A stretch of DNA of 64,000 bases, from NCBI RefSeq assembly GCF_006345805.1, contig NC_043007.1, forward strand, positions 69,006,001 to 69,070,000. The letters run 5' to 3'. Numbering within the stretch: position 1 is the stretch's first letter; each line of letters opens with the position of its first letter. Below are positions 13,358 to 26,612 of the stretch, piece after piece. The notes under the pieces were generated by a model. That model worked only from the letters and a program-made list of their open reading frames with translations. It was not told where the DNA came from and searched no databases. A program made the position numbers and the translations under genes. The DNA comes from Octopus sinensis. Lineage: Eukaryota.

Positions 13358-13990
13358 ATTCTTTTAATTTAACTCATTAATAAAATAAACCACTATTTAC
13401 TTACTTACAATGATTCTATATTAATGAAATGGATATGTATATATTTATATAAATATGAAATAATTTCTATATTTTCTATACCTATATAACATACTAATAT
13501 TTACTGGTATCCTTTGAAAATTTATCTAAAGGATATTTATTTAAAATTCACAATACATAAGTATGGCTGTTAAATGGTAAGGGACACTGAAGGCCTCTAG
13601 AGCATTAGTAGTCTCTATTCTCCCTACCCCACTAACTTCAGCCTACTAACTTTTGCTATAATACATTCAAATATGCCTAAACCAAATTCCGCAAAATGAG
13701 AATGGATTTATAGCTTTGACATGTGTACTACCCCTTCCTCTATTTATAACTAGAAAAAATTCTTGTTTGTCCCCATTCAACCAAGAATAGAAAAACCTCC
13801 TCCCCGCTGATCTAAAAATAACAAAGTGAACTCAGTGATAAAAAAATCTACAGAAGAGAACATACTACCACTATGTTCTTAATGATGAAATTAACCTCTC
13901 TGTCTATATATCTACCCTCTTTGTAATGTTGGCAAATGAGATAAGTATAAGAATATGCATTGTCCGTTTAATTAAAAAATCTATATGTGG

Positions 13991-14068
13991 TTGAAGATTG
14001 CTCGACATCTTAAAACTGATGTAATATTTACAGTGTTTAATAAAATGAAGTAGCATGAAACAATTGTA
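13991..14068 (+). ncRNA. Degenerate hammerhead motif in a PLE pLTR
   Basis: TTGAAGA core (C3 to T), TGCT/AGCA stem II, GAA, palindrome ACAATTGT, GUA. Confidence 0.45.
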
Positions 14069-14368
14069 CTAAACTACCCTGGATATCCTTATTGCTTATT
14101 TTGATTATAATCACCCCATTTGATTTGTATGGATAATACTATACAAAATTCTGGTGCCTTTAACTTAAGTACCATATTCATCTGAATCTAAATTTTGCTG
14201 AATTTATATAATATATATATATATATATATATACATACATACATACATACATACATACATAATATTAGGGAGTATAACTTCAAACTTACAGGGGGAAATT
14301 CAGTTAGGTATTAAATCAAATTTCACAATACATATATATAAGATATAAACTATTTAACTATTATTGTT

Positions 14369-14468
14369 AACCTGAAGATTGACAATAATTTTAAATTGAA
14401 TTCATTTCAATTAAATTTAAATTTAATTGTAATTCGAATTTAATTATAGCCATGAAACGTACGTAGTT
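14369..14468 (+). ncRNA. Type-I hammerhead ribozyme motif with canonical core
   Basis: AAC-CTGAAGA-long AT-rich stem II-GAA-ACGTACGT-A-GTT; stem I AAC/GTT, palindromic stem III. Confidence 0.65.
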
Positions 14469-14616
14469 TTTTTTATTTGTTGATTATTCATTTTTATACT
14501 TTTTGTGATCTAGTTATATGTTTTATAAAAATATATTTAATTTCTTATTTATATTTTGGTTTATGTCTGTCATTGTTTGAATTGCATAATAGTGGGTTTA
14601 TCTCTAATTTATATCT

Positions 14617-14683
<67 letters not shown>

Positions 14684-15330
14684 TACACACACCATATATA
14701 TATATATGCATACACACACACACACACATATATATATATACATGCCCACTGATATGGCAGCACGGTTAAGAAATTCACTTGGTATACATAGATATATACT
14801 ACACGCACACACACACACACATATATATATGTGTGTTTGTGTGTGTGTGTGTGTAAATATATATATATAGATATACATATACGCACACACATATTTCTAT
14901 TTATATATGCGCACTGGTATGGCAGCATGGTTAAGAAATTCACTTCGTATACATAGATATATACTACACACACACACACACATGCACACACGCACACGCA
15001 CGCTCGCACTCACGCACATATGTATATTATATGTAACTATCTGGATTTTGAGTATATGTCTATTAGTATGTCGATTAAAGCACATTCACCCGTTTGGGAG
15101 ACTTGATGTCATCCACAGTAACGATGTAATTTTCACTGGAACTACGTCAGGAATTCCAGTGTTTGTTGAGTTTGTAATTGATGAAGGAAACGGAGGATGG
15201 ATTTACGTTTCCTTCATAAATTATGTGTGTGTATGTGTGTCTTTACTTACATATGTGTGTGTGTGTTTGTATCTAGACAGACAGATAAACAGACAGACAG
15301 ACAGATAGATAGATAGATAGATAGATAGAC

Positions 15331-15408
<78 letters not shown>

Positions 15409-15458
15409 TACTCGCATATAAATGAATGCATTTATATGCGAGTACTCGTGGATTTCGT

Positions 15459-15715
15459 GGAGGCGCGTGGCTTAGTGGTTAGAGTGTCAGCATCATGATC
15501 GTAAGATTGTGGTTTCGATTCCTGTACCGGGCGACGCGTTGTGCTCGAGCAAAATACTTCATTTCACGTTCCTCCAGTCCACTCAGCTGGCAAAAATGAG
15601 TAGCGCTGCGATGGACTGGCGTCCCGTCCAGCTGGGGAACACATACCCCATAGAAACCGGGAAACTGGGCCCATGAGTCTGGCTAGGCTTTAAAAGGGCA
15701 CATTTATTTTATTTT
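15459..15715 (+). mobile_element. Full-length tRNA-derived SINE with 14-bp TSD
   Basis: A box TGGCTTAGTGG, B box GGTTTCGATTCC, (TTTA) tail; TSD TACTCGTGGA(T/C)TTC at 15443-15456 and 15716-15729. Confidence 0.9.
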
Positions 15716-17235
15716 TACTCGTGGACTTCATGTCGTAGATCACTAACGATCTTTTGGCGGTGAGCAGCGGTTAAGTTTAGAGTTAAGTCTGTGCTTTCCT
15801 TAATTTCTTTGCAGTGCGTCGTGTTATGTTATTGTTATTGGGCGAGAATTTTATTTTAGTCAATTTCAGATAATATATATATTTCTTTTTAGGCGAAAAT
15901 ATTTGTTTTAATATACTTTTTCTATTCTTCGGGCGACGAGCTGGCAGAATCGTTAGCAAAATACTTAATTTTTTTCGTCTGTTTCTACGTTTTGAGTACA
16001 AATGCCATCAAGGTCGACTTTTGACGTCGATAAAATAAGTACCAGTTGATCACTGGGTCGATGTAATCTAATTTCCTCCGCCCCCGGATTTGCTGGTCTT
16101 CCGCCAAAATTTTGAAACCAGTGAATTTTCTATAATTGAATTTTATATCTAATGGTTATAAGTGTAAACTGATTTATTCTCACATTGTAGGCACTTAATT
16201 CCTGATAGTAATTTGCTATTCTGTTGATTTACATTTTGATCGTTTTAATTATCTCTTCATGTTTTATGTACGTTAATCAATAGTTTTATTACGATTCGAG
16301 TGTTTTAGTGAATTCTATATTATTTATATCCTTTCAGGTGAAACATTTGTTTAAATATATTTTCTTTGGTAGATATTGATCAATACTAGTTCATTCCCAT
16401 GTGGCGTTGTTTTAAGGCGATTGACGTCCGATAGTAATATGTAATTTCGCTATTTTGCGTTTGGTTTGTTTTAATTATGTTTACATGCTTAAGATATGTT
16501 ACAGACAGTAGGGTAGCAATGTGTCTTGGTTTGTGTACTTTAATTAAACTATGTGTTAGCAGTTACAGTTCTAGATTGGCTATGCATTAATTTTTTTTTT
16601 CCTTTTCATGTATTAGTAACGTGTTTTAGACTGTATTCAATAACTTTTGTTCAGTATGTTTAGTTCGCTAGTTCAATTTAAGTTCTATAATTCTTGAGCA
16701 GATCAATCCATTTTGAGAATATTTCTCAGTTTTCAATGAAGAATATTCGTTGCCAAAAGTGTGAAACGATATATGCTTGAGATTTATTGCTTGTATTTCC
16801 AACAATAAGCATATGCAAACAAAATGAACATAGTGTATTAGTGTTTCACTTCTGCATCATCTCTATTCCAGGTAAGTTTATGTTTTTAATGCTGTTGATA
16901 CTGCTGGATTGAATGTACAGCGCAAATGTCGAAACCATAAGGATATCCGTTAGGCAGCTGACGACGTATGTATAAGTTTAATGTAATTATAGACTGTGAA
17001 TCTTTTCTCTTATGCTTTCGTGAGGAGTCGTTTATTGAAATTTTAGCTCTTGTAGGGTTCATCTTGCTTAGGGGTTCTTAGTTTCTAGGTTTATGATAGT
17101 TTTGTTGTTTATATGAAACCGGACAATGATATTGGGTAATTGTTTTAATTCTCTGCTTAAGGGTTTCTATTTTACGATAATTTTGATGCATATATATAAA
17201 CACACACAGACGTGCATAGAGATAGACAGATAGAA

Positions 17236-17267
<32 letters not shown>

Positions 17268-17282
17268 ATGTATATATGTATG

Positions 17283-17381
<99 letters not shown>

Positions 17382-17637
17382 AAAGGAACACAAAATGGGT
17401 CAAGAACGCATAACACCCAGACAGCTAGATGATACAAAAAAAGGGACAACAAAACATCCAGACAGATGATACAAAAAAGAGACACGAAAAAACACGGATG
17501 GGTCATTCGAAGTTTTCTTTCCACAGTCGAGTTCCAGATTATATTTGCAATTTCGGGTGGCTATACTCGAGATTGCTCCAATCTGGCTAGCCACAAAGGA
17601 AAAACTAAACTATATATATATATATATATATAAATAT

Positions 17638-17673
<36 letters not shown>

Positions 17674-19755
17674 AGAGAGATAGATAGATAGATATGTATA
17701 TATACATATTTATATATATATGCATATATATATATATATATGTGTGTATGTTGTGTGTGCGTGTCTGTGTGAACATAGTTACGTACATATGTATACAGTG
17801 TATATTGTATTAATATTTCGTTCTCGTGCGTGAGCGTGAGCTACTTCATATGCATGTGAACGTATTATATGTGTCTGTGCGACGTGTGTGTGCGTGCGTA
17901 TGTTGTTTGCGTGCGTGCGCACCCGCGGGTACGCGTATACACCTTATTATACGCTGAGAATAGAATATCTGTTGTGATTATTATTGAGTTTCAATAACGA
18001 TACAAATAAGTTCAATAAAAAAAATATTGGTAAACAGAACAAGAGACAAACAGTGCCAGAATGTTTATGCCCTTTATCTTAAAGCCGTGGAAGCGGGAGC
18101 ATTGAAGTGATGGAGAGTTTAATAGGTTCCTGTGCATATGTGTTCGTGCACTAGTGTGTATATATGTGCGTATATTCGTGAACACAGAGATGTGGATCGA
18201 TTGATTTACCAAAGATGACCTATGTGAAACAAAATGATAAACGGCATGTGCTTTAAACGCTCCCTCCTTAATTTGAAATACATTTCAAACGCACACACAC
18301 CTGCACACACACACGTGTATACATACATACATTCATACATACATACATACATACATACATACATACATACATACATGCATGCATGCATGCATACATACAT
18401 ACATACATGCATGCATGCATGCATACATACATACATACATGCATACATACGTACATATACACATACATACATACATACATACATGCATACATACATGCAA
18501 TACATACATACATACATACATATAACACATACATACATACATACATACATGCATGCATGCATACATACCCATACATACATATACACATACATACATACAT
18601 ACATACATACATGCATGCATACATACATACATACATACATACATACATACATACATACATGCATACATACATAGTCATTATTCGTAAACAAGAATGCTAT
18701 TGACAACATTCTTGTTTAAGAATAATAAATTCCTTCTGTACAAAAGTATAGGATAAATGTATAGTTCTTTTTACCGTAACTGAACATGAAAGCAAACATT
18801 AATGCGCAGACACAGCGCACGCTCAAAGATGCTGGTGTGTTTACGTCCTCGTAACCTAGTGGTTCGGCAAAAGAGACCGATAAAATAAGTACCAGACTTT
18901 AAAAGTAAGTAATTACTGGAGTCGATACTTTCAACTAGAAATTCTTGAAGGTAGTGCCCCAGGCTGGCCGCAGTCTAATGACTGAAGCTCGTAAAAGATA
19001 AAAAAATATCAAGAGAGTGAAAAAAAATAGGGAGAAGGCTTTCGTTAGCTAGAAACAAGGAGCCAGCCGACTAGTTTCGATTTAGTTAATGATTCATCAG
19101 GAATAGCTCACATCACTTTTGAAATTTTCAACAGGAAGTATTATCAGGTAACTTGCGAAAAACAGTAGATGAGTTTCTGACATAAATTTACATAATTGCA
19201 GAAAATTGAATAGCAGTTGGTCATAAAAAGACCAGCAGCACCACGTTGATTATGAATAAATATCTTTATGGAAGTTATGAATCTGTTCAATAATTGCATG
19301 TTTTGTATCGCTAGATATAAATATATGTGCATATGTCTGTTTTTGGTAAGCGTGGAGCTAGCAGTTAGACTGGATAATCATTAGCTCAAAATCTTAATAC
19401 TTCAGTTAGTGTTTTTCCATTCTGAGCAAAGAACAATCTTTGCTCTGGTTTTTTTTTTTTTTTTTTTGCTAACAGGACATTGGCTTCCACTGCTAAGTTA
19501 CATTTTCAGCGGTTACTAATAAGAAGAACCTTCACTTAGTGATGTGCTAAGAAGCTTCCTTCCCAACCACATGATTCCGGGTTCAATCCCACTGTATGGC
19601 ACATTGGTTAAGTGTCTTCTATCATAGCGTCGGGTCGACCAAAGCCCAGACCTTTTCTTTAGACGGGACACACAATCTGAAAGGCCTGTCTGTTCTCATT
19701 CCCATTATAACACGATTTTGTTTTTCATTTTTTTTTTGTTGCCAATCATTTCCCT

Positions 19756-20148
19756 TACTCTTTTACTTGTTTCAGTCATTTGACAGCAGCCATGCTGGAG
19801 CACCGCCATAAGTCGAGCAAATTGACCCCAGGACTTATTCTTTGTAAGCCTAGTACTTATTCTATCGGTCTCTTTTGCCGAACCGCTGGACGCAAACACA
19901 CCAGCATCGGTTGTCAAGCGATGTTGGGGGGGACAAACACAGACACACAAACACACACACACATATTTATATACATACATATAGACGACGGGCTTCTTTC
20001 AGCTTCCGTCTACCAAATCCACTCACAAGGCTTTGGTCGACCCGAGGCTATAGTAGAAGACACTTGCCCAAGGTGTCACGCAGTGGGACTGAACCCAGAA
20101 CCATGTGGTTGGTAAGCAAGCTACTTACCACACAGCCACTCCTGCGCC
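19756..20148 (-). mobile_element. tRNA-derived SINE with internal microsatellite
   Basis: Head GGCGCAGGAGTGGCTGTGTGGTAAG..., tail (AAAAGAGT)n; same family at 22117-22536, 35036-35416, 38160-38565, 52999-53362. Confidence 0.9.
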
Positions 20149-20693
20149 CTTATTCATATAGTATTGTTTTATATTGTTGTAAATGCCAATTTAGTAATGT
20201 ATTGTTAATGATTGAAACAGGTCTATACTTGCCAGATCATTGTAGTTTATTTAAAATCCGCCTTCAGTTTTTCTATTACCATAATCACCCTTTCATTACG
20301 CAACTACGTCAACAGCAACTTATTTTTTAAATGAAAGAGATGATTGATACGGCTGTGGGATTAAGAAGTTTTCTTTACCAGCATGTCGTTTCGAGTCTGA
20401 TGCCAAGACACAAAACTTTGAGGAAGTGCATTGTATCATAATTTCAGTCAACCAAACTAATCTTTATGAGTAAAAATTGGCAGAGAGAAATTGTCTGGAC
20501 CTTTTTGCGTGGGACCTTCCCTGTTTTTTAAGTAGTAAATTTAAATCTGTTGCTCGGTTTAACACGATTGCCAGACTATTATTCACCTTTAAAATAAACA
20601 GTTGTGTGAGGGAGAGATGCATGTGTACGTGTGTATGTGTATGTATTTTCATTTACCAAATTCACTCGCAAGACGTTGGTCATCCCGGGCTAA

Positions 20694-21043
20694 TCTATTA
20701 TATAAAATCCGTTTTGTCTGTCTGTGTGTGTGTCTTCTAGGATCTCGAGCATCCGCCATCCGACTGCGCTCAAATTTGATATGTAGATACTGACAGTATC
20801 AGGGCGTGTATAAGTCTTGAAATCGATTCCAGGTGAGTATGCGATCGATAAAGCCGTGGGAATGTGCAATTGTAAAATCGTTTTTCTTGGAATAGAAAAA
20901 AAGTCTATCTTTATTTATTCTGTTACTTGTGTCTCAAATTTAGGTTAAATCAGTGTTTCTCAAAGGGGAGGCCAATGGGACGGTCGGACAAGTTGTTTTG
21001 AGAAAATTTGGTTTAAATGTTTGACAACTCAGCATCTTCCATC

Positions 21044-21079
<36 letters not shown>

Positions 21080-21368
21080 TCACACACAAATACATATATA
21101 TGTATGCGTGTGTGTGTGTATGTATATGTGTATGTGTGTGTGTGTGTGTGTTGTGTGTGTGTGTGTGTTTATTCCTTTCTGTTTCTTTTTCTTATTGTCT
21201 GCGACTGAAGTGTATTGCCCATTGAGACATTTGTCTATTTACATATTTATGTTACTTCTTCCATTTCCTCTTGTACACCTTTAACTTACTCTCTCTTTCC
21301 ACACCTACCATCTTTTCCTCCTTGTCTACTTTTGACTTATCTCCATTGCACGGGGGGCGTTTTGCTCG
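20694..21368 (+). mobile_element. Helitron-like family H1, copy 2, interrupted by a SINE fragment and microsatellite of about 300 bp
   Basis: Colinear with 37-506; insertion between 'gacaactca' and 'ccattgcacggggg'. Confidence 0.6.
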
Positions 21369-21803
21369 TATAATATAAAATATAATGTATTGAGTCCAGT
21401 GTGGGGCGAGCATTCAGATCATATCACCGATGTAAGGATATCTTCCACTCTAACTTTTTCCCTTTCAACTTTATTCCCAAAAGAGCCTAAATGATGATTT
21501 CTTTCTTTGACTAAGTCAGAAAAAGTATATCATTTTTACCCGGAAAATCAAAATTGTTAATGCAGTAATCTTGTTTTCATATCCATATCTTACGGTTTTA
21601 GTTTCCATGTTTCCATGACAAGATTCACAACTGACTTCGTTTAGCAATGCTATCATCATTTCATCCTTTTCAGATCTATTTATTATCCATCCATCCCTTC
21701 CCCTATTTATCCATGTATTTATAAATCTATCCATCTGTCTGTCAGTCCATCTATTCATCAGTCTTTCAATCAATCAATCTCTCTCTCTCGCTCTCTCCTC
21801 TCT

Positions 21804-21843
<40 letters not shown>

Positions 21844-21844
21844 G

Positions 21845-21859
<15 letters not shown>

Positions 21860-21882
<23 letters not shown>

Positions 21883-22050
21883 TACTTTAGTAAAAGCAGC
21901 AGAAATTTAACGAACGAAGTTTCACGTTCCCATTCGTCAGACAGTTTTAAATGAGGCATATTACTTTTAAATAAGTATATTACTCTACCTCTGGTATTTG
22001 AGTACTCTATTTTCACCTTGTTTCACATTTATGTGTTTACTCCGGTATAT
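21860..22050 (-). mobile_element. PLE pLTR fragment with hammerhead core
   Basis: Minus strand 21919-21940: CTGACGA-ATG-GGAA-CGT-GAAAC; cleavage-site side degenerate. Confidence 0.55.
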
Positions 22051-22116
22051 ATATAGATATATATATATATTATATAGATATAATATATATATATATATAA
22101 TATATAATATATATAT

Positions 22117-22536
22117 ACTCTTACTTTTTTACTCTTTTTACTCTTTTTACTTGTTTCAGTCATTTGACTGCGGCCATGCTGGAGCACCGCCTTTAGTCGA
22201 GCAATCGACCCCGGGACTTTTTCTTTGTAAGCCCAGACTTATTCTATCGGTCTCTTTTGCCGAACCGCTAAGTGACGGAGACGTAAACACACCAGCATCG
22301 GTTGTCAAGCAATGCTAGGGGAACAAACACAGACACACAAACATATTCACACACACTTATATATATATACATATATACGACAGGCTTCTTTCAGTTTCCG
22401 TCTACCAAATCCACTCACAAGGCATTGGTCGGCCCGGGGCTATAGCAGAAGACACTTGCCCAAGATGCCACGCAGTGGGACTGAACCCGGAACCATGTGG
22501 TTGGTTAGCAAGCTACTTACCAAACAGCCACTCCTG
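22117..22536 (-). mobile_element. tRNA-derived SINE (same family as 19756-20148)
   Basis: Full colinearity with the other copies. Confidence 0.9.
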
Positions 22537-23495
22537 ATTATTGATAATCAGTAAAAGATACAGGGTGGTTCGAGGGTCGAGAGTTTCGTGTCTTGGCACA
22601 TATCAAATAGTTTAAAAGTGCCATTGCACGAAACTATTTGCCTTTGAGTCACTTGGTAACTTCTGCCGTTTTTTTTTAAACTTTTACATGCTATGTATAC
22701 TTCCCTTCTTTGCTTTATTGTATACCGTGTATAGCTTCATATTCTCTTATTATTATTATTTCGTTATATGTAAACCCCCACACTATGTCTGCTTTTATAT
22801 TGTCCTCTGAATCTTCGCTCAGGTGGCAAATAAAAGAAATTATTATTATCAATAATATCAATACGCTAACATTTTGTTTTTCTACGTACCTGTTGTGTGC
22901 GTCACACTTACTTCAAAGAAGTGGAAAAGCGAGAAAGAGGATGACAGAGAGGAAGTAAGAGAAAGAGAGAGAGAGAGGAGAGAGAGAGAAAGGGAGAGGG
23001 TGAAAAAGACAGTGAGTGGTGACGGCGTTCGTTTTGTGCTTTTAAATGTTTCACAGAGGACGTAAGAGAGAAAGGAAGAGAGTGAGAGAGAAAGAGAGAG
23101 AGTGAAAGAGACAGTGAGTGGTGACGGTGTTCGTTTTGTGTTTTTAAATGTTTATCACATCGCAAGAGAAGTAGATACATAGATACATATACATATTATT
23201 AAATCAAAAGACACTAAGGAAGTGAACGAGAAAGGCAGAAAGTGAGAGAGAGACAGTAGATACATAAATCAAAAGAAAAGTTCATAGCTACATAGACACA
23301 GCAAATATTGAACAAGGCTGGTCCCATTGAATTACAGCTACAACCCGAGACACACACACAAACACACATATATAATATATATATATATATAATATATAAA
23401 GGGAAAGTTTACGAAATAAACAAAAGCGAAGGCAGGTGAGAGTACAAACAAACAAATGTATAGTTATGGCGCTCAGAAATAGAAATAGAAAAAGT

Positions 23496-23533
23496 TCTTT
23501 TACGTTTCGAGCCTACGCTCTTCGACAGAAAGA
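23496..23533 (-). ncRNA. Minimal type-I hammerhead motif, CUGUCGA core variant
   Basis: TCTTT-CTGTCGA-A-GAGC-GTAG-GCTC-GAA-ACGT-A-AAAGA: 5-bp stem I, 4-bp stem II, palindromic ACGT. Confidence 0.6.
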
Positions 23534-23637
23534 TACACAGAAAAAACAAGGAGGAGAAACACATATATATATGAATGCATTTGTGTGTGTTGTTGTGTGT
23601 CTGTTGTGTGTGGGTGTGTGTGTTGGTGTGTGTGGTG

Positions 23638-23670
<33 letters not shown>

Positions 23671-23813
23671 TGTGTGTGGTGTGTGTGTGTGTGTGTAGGT
23701 TAGTTAAAACATGTTTGCACTAAGTTGTCGCATGGTGGAAATAAACGCAATTACCAAACTTTCGTTCATAAATCCATTTATTATTTCGTTCTTTTGCATT
23801 TCAAGTTGTACAT

Positions 23814-24135
23814 TTGTACCCAGATATTTTCAACAACTGCACGCCAGAAGAAATGGGAAAACGAGTAATTTTATCTCCAAAAAAATTCTGACTGTCTTGC
23901 AATAAATGAAAAAGTTCTTAATATTATACCAGAGGCACTTAAAACGTACTTAAGCACAGATTCAGTGTCCTGCAGTAATGAAGGGGAGGTTCAGAACTAT
24001 CCATTTGAATTCATTAAACTCACTCACTCTATTCGGTATGCCTCCTCATCGCCTCAGCTTAAAAGTAGGGGCTATTGTAATGCTGCTAAGAAATCTTTCG
24101 ATCAAAGATTATGTAATGGAAGATTATTTAATAGA
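23814..24135 (+). mobile_element. Helitron RepHel (Pif1-like helicase) fragment, frameshifted
   Basis: 'RVILSPKNSDCLAINEKVL...TYLSTDS...NYPFEF.NSL...GMPPHRLSLKVGAIVMLLRNL...LCNG'. Confidence 0.9.
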
Positions 24136-24457
24136 AGTGTGCAATATTAGTCATGGGAAAGGGACCGAGTGGTATTAGGGCCACAACCTGGCAGACCGGG
24201 ATCTGGTGAAAATCCTCGGAGTGTCTGTTTCGGCAACCGGCGGCTCCTCGGTCGTTATATCCCTGCGTCTGCGGACAATCTGCAGCAAACAGGATGTCTC
24301 TACATGCGGGATTGTTGGGGTCCGCTTGTGAAATTCATATTCCCACGAAACTTCTTCCACTGCCATGGTTCGAGATGCCTCGAGGGTGGTGGAAGAAGCC
24401 GATTCAACCCGCCCAGGGTGAATGTCGCCACAAGTACAAGTAAAGTAAGTACAGGTA

Positions 24458-25735
24458 GTTAACAGCGAAGGCATCCAATTACCAGATGACCAGACATTAA
24501 AATCATTGAAAGGAGGAGACAGTTATAAATATCTAGGCGTATTAGAATCTGACAGGGTACTAATTACAGAAATGAAAACGAAAATTGAGAAGTACAAAAG
24601 AAGGGTGCAAAGCTAGACAAAAGAACTAGAAAGTAAATCAATATGAATGGAGGACTCCACCCAAGGGCAGGAGTAGCAAGATTACACTTATATAGAAAGT
24701 TAGGCAGAAGAGGTTTAATATCAGTAGAAGACTGCGTGGAGTAAGCTAGAGTAGATATAAACTCCTATGTAGGTAATAGTGAAGAAAATTTATTAAAAGC
24801 TTCTCAGAGTCACAGCAAGACAGAGAGAAACTAAAAACGTAAACGAAGTTAAAAACCAGAAAAAAGAACAGAAATTATCTGACTGGCATGAGAAGGCGTT
24901 GCATGGTAAATTCCCAAAGATAGTCGCAGCAAATAGTAGCAGTGAGATATGGTTATGGTTTCAGAAAGGAAAGCTGAAGAGGGAGACAGAAAGTTTGTTA
25001 GTAGCTGCACAATATCAAGTATTAAGGACTTGGGTAAAAGCCAAGATAGACAAAAACCAAGTAGATTCCCAATATAGATTATGCAAATCAAAATAGGAAA
25101 ACGTTACTCAATATAGTAAGTGAATGTAGCATGCTGGCACAGAAAGAGTACAAGAAGACATGACAATCTAGGGAGAGTAATCCACTGGGAGCTATGTAGA
25201 AAGCTAGGATTTGAACATATTGATAAATGGTATGAATATGAGCCTCGTAAAGTACTAGACAGTAAGAAATATAAGATGTTGTGGGACTTCAACATTCAGA
25301 CTGACAGAATAATAGAAGCTAGAAGACCTGATTTGGTAGTAGTAGATAGAAAGAATAGAAAGCGCCAGATAATTGACTTTACAGTCCCAAATGATGAAAA
25401 CATTAATATGAGAAGTATAGAAAAAATAGCAAAATACTAAGACCTAGCTATTGGCTTACAGAAACTATGGAAAGTGGGGATAAAATGTATCCCAGTAGTT
25501 GTAGGTGCGTTGGGAACTCTCCTTAAAGATCTGAACAGATGGACAGAGGAAATAAGCATAAAACCCAGTTTAATACAGCTCCAGAAAACAGTGTTATTAG
25601 GGACAGGTAGAATACTTAAGAGGGTTCTTGGCATCTAAGGTTACTTGTAGCACGATGTCAGGATTTTTTCTTTTCCAACAGTCTAATCTGTTGAGTGCAT
25701 ATGAAAATAATAATAAAAATAATAAAAATAATAAA
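24458..25735 (+). mobile_element. 5'-truncated R4/Dong-type (restriction-like endonuclease) non-LTR retrotransposon
   Basis: 'YKYLGVLE', 'GRRGLISVEDCV', 'WHEKALHGKF', 'RLCK...HIVSEC', 'RHDNLGRVIHWELC', 'RRPDLVVVD...IIDFTVP', 'PVVVGALG'; (TAA/AAAAT) tail; several stops and frameshifts. Confidence 0.9.
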
Positions 25736-26038
25736 GGGCAGCCATTTTAGGGGAGGGGATGCGTCAATTACATCGATCCCAGTGTTTCACTGGTACTTAA
25801 TTTATCGACCCCGAAAGGATGCAAGGTAGAGTCGACCTAGGCGGAATTTGAAAATAATGATAATAGTACATACATACACACATACATACATACATGCAGA
25901 CAGACATACAGGCAGACAGACAGACTGACAGACAGGTAGACAGAGACACACACACACCCTCACACACATTATATATGTATACACAAACATAAAAATATAT
26001 GTTTATGTGTGTTTGACTGTACGTGTATTGTGTGTATA

Positions 26039-26079
<41 letters not shown>

Positions 26080-26215
26080 ACGCGCGCACGCTCAAGTGAA
26101 CCGTATCCTTTATCAATTTAATCTGGTCAGCAAAGTTACAGCTGAACTATCAAAGGATGCAGCTATTAAGTACCTTATGTGGTAGTTGTTGTGTCGGCAC
26201 TGTTTCTGAGAGTAC

Positions 26216-26286
<71 letters not shown>

Positions 26287-26612
26287 CGGTTATGGCGTTG
26301 GTGGCGGCCGTAGCGGTGGTGGTGGTCGTCGTCGTCGTTGTCGTCACAACTATGAAAGTGATTGTTTAAATTATTGACAGAATAACTGATGATAACATTT
26401 ATGACGATATTAGTGTTCTAATTATGATATTAGAGGCAGGTGAATGTGAAATGGTGTTACTATGTCGATAGCGGTTGTTGTGTAATAATCTTCCTAATGT
26501 ATTAATATGATGTAATATAACGAAACGATAATATAATAAATCTAATATAATAAAAGCAAAATTCTATCCGTCCGTCCGTCCAGGACCCTTATGTCTCAGT
26601 CTATATTTACTC

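Noticed and set aside
15459-15535. tRNA-like sequence with A and B boxes (also at about 56280-56351, 57480-57552, 63745-63815)
   Set aside because: These are SINE heads: no intact cloverleaf, and each is followed by a SINE body and tail
17490-17580. Possible hammerhead on minus strand (CTGTGGA-AAG-AAAA-CTT-CGAA)
   Set aside because: No palindromic stem III or stem I pairing after GAA; too weak
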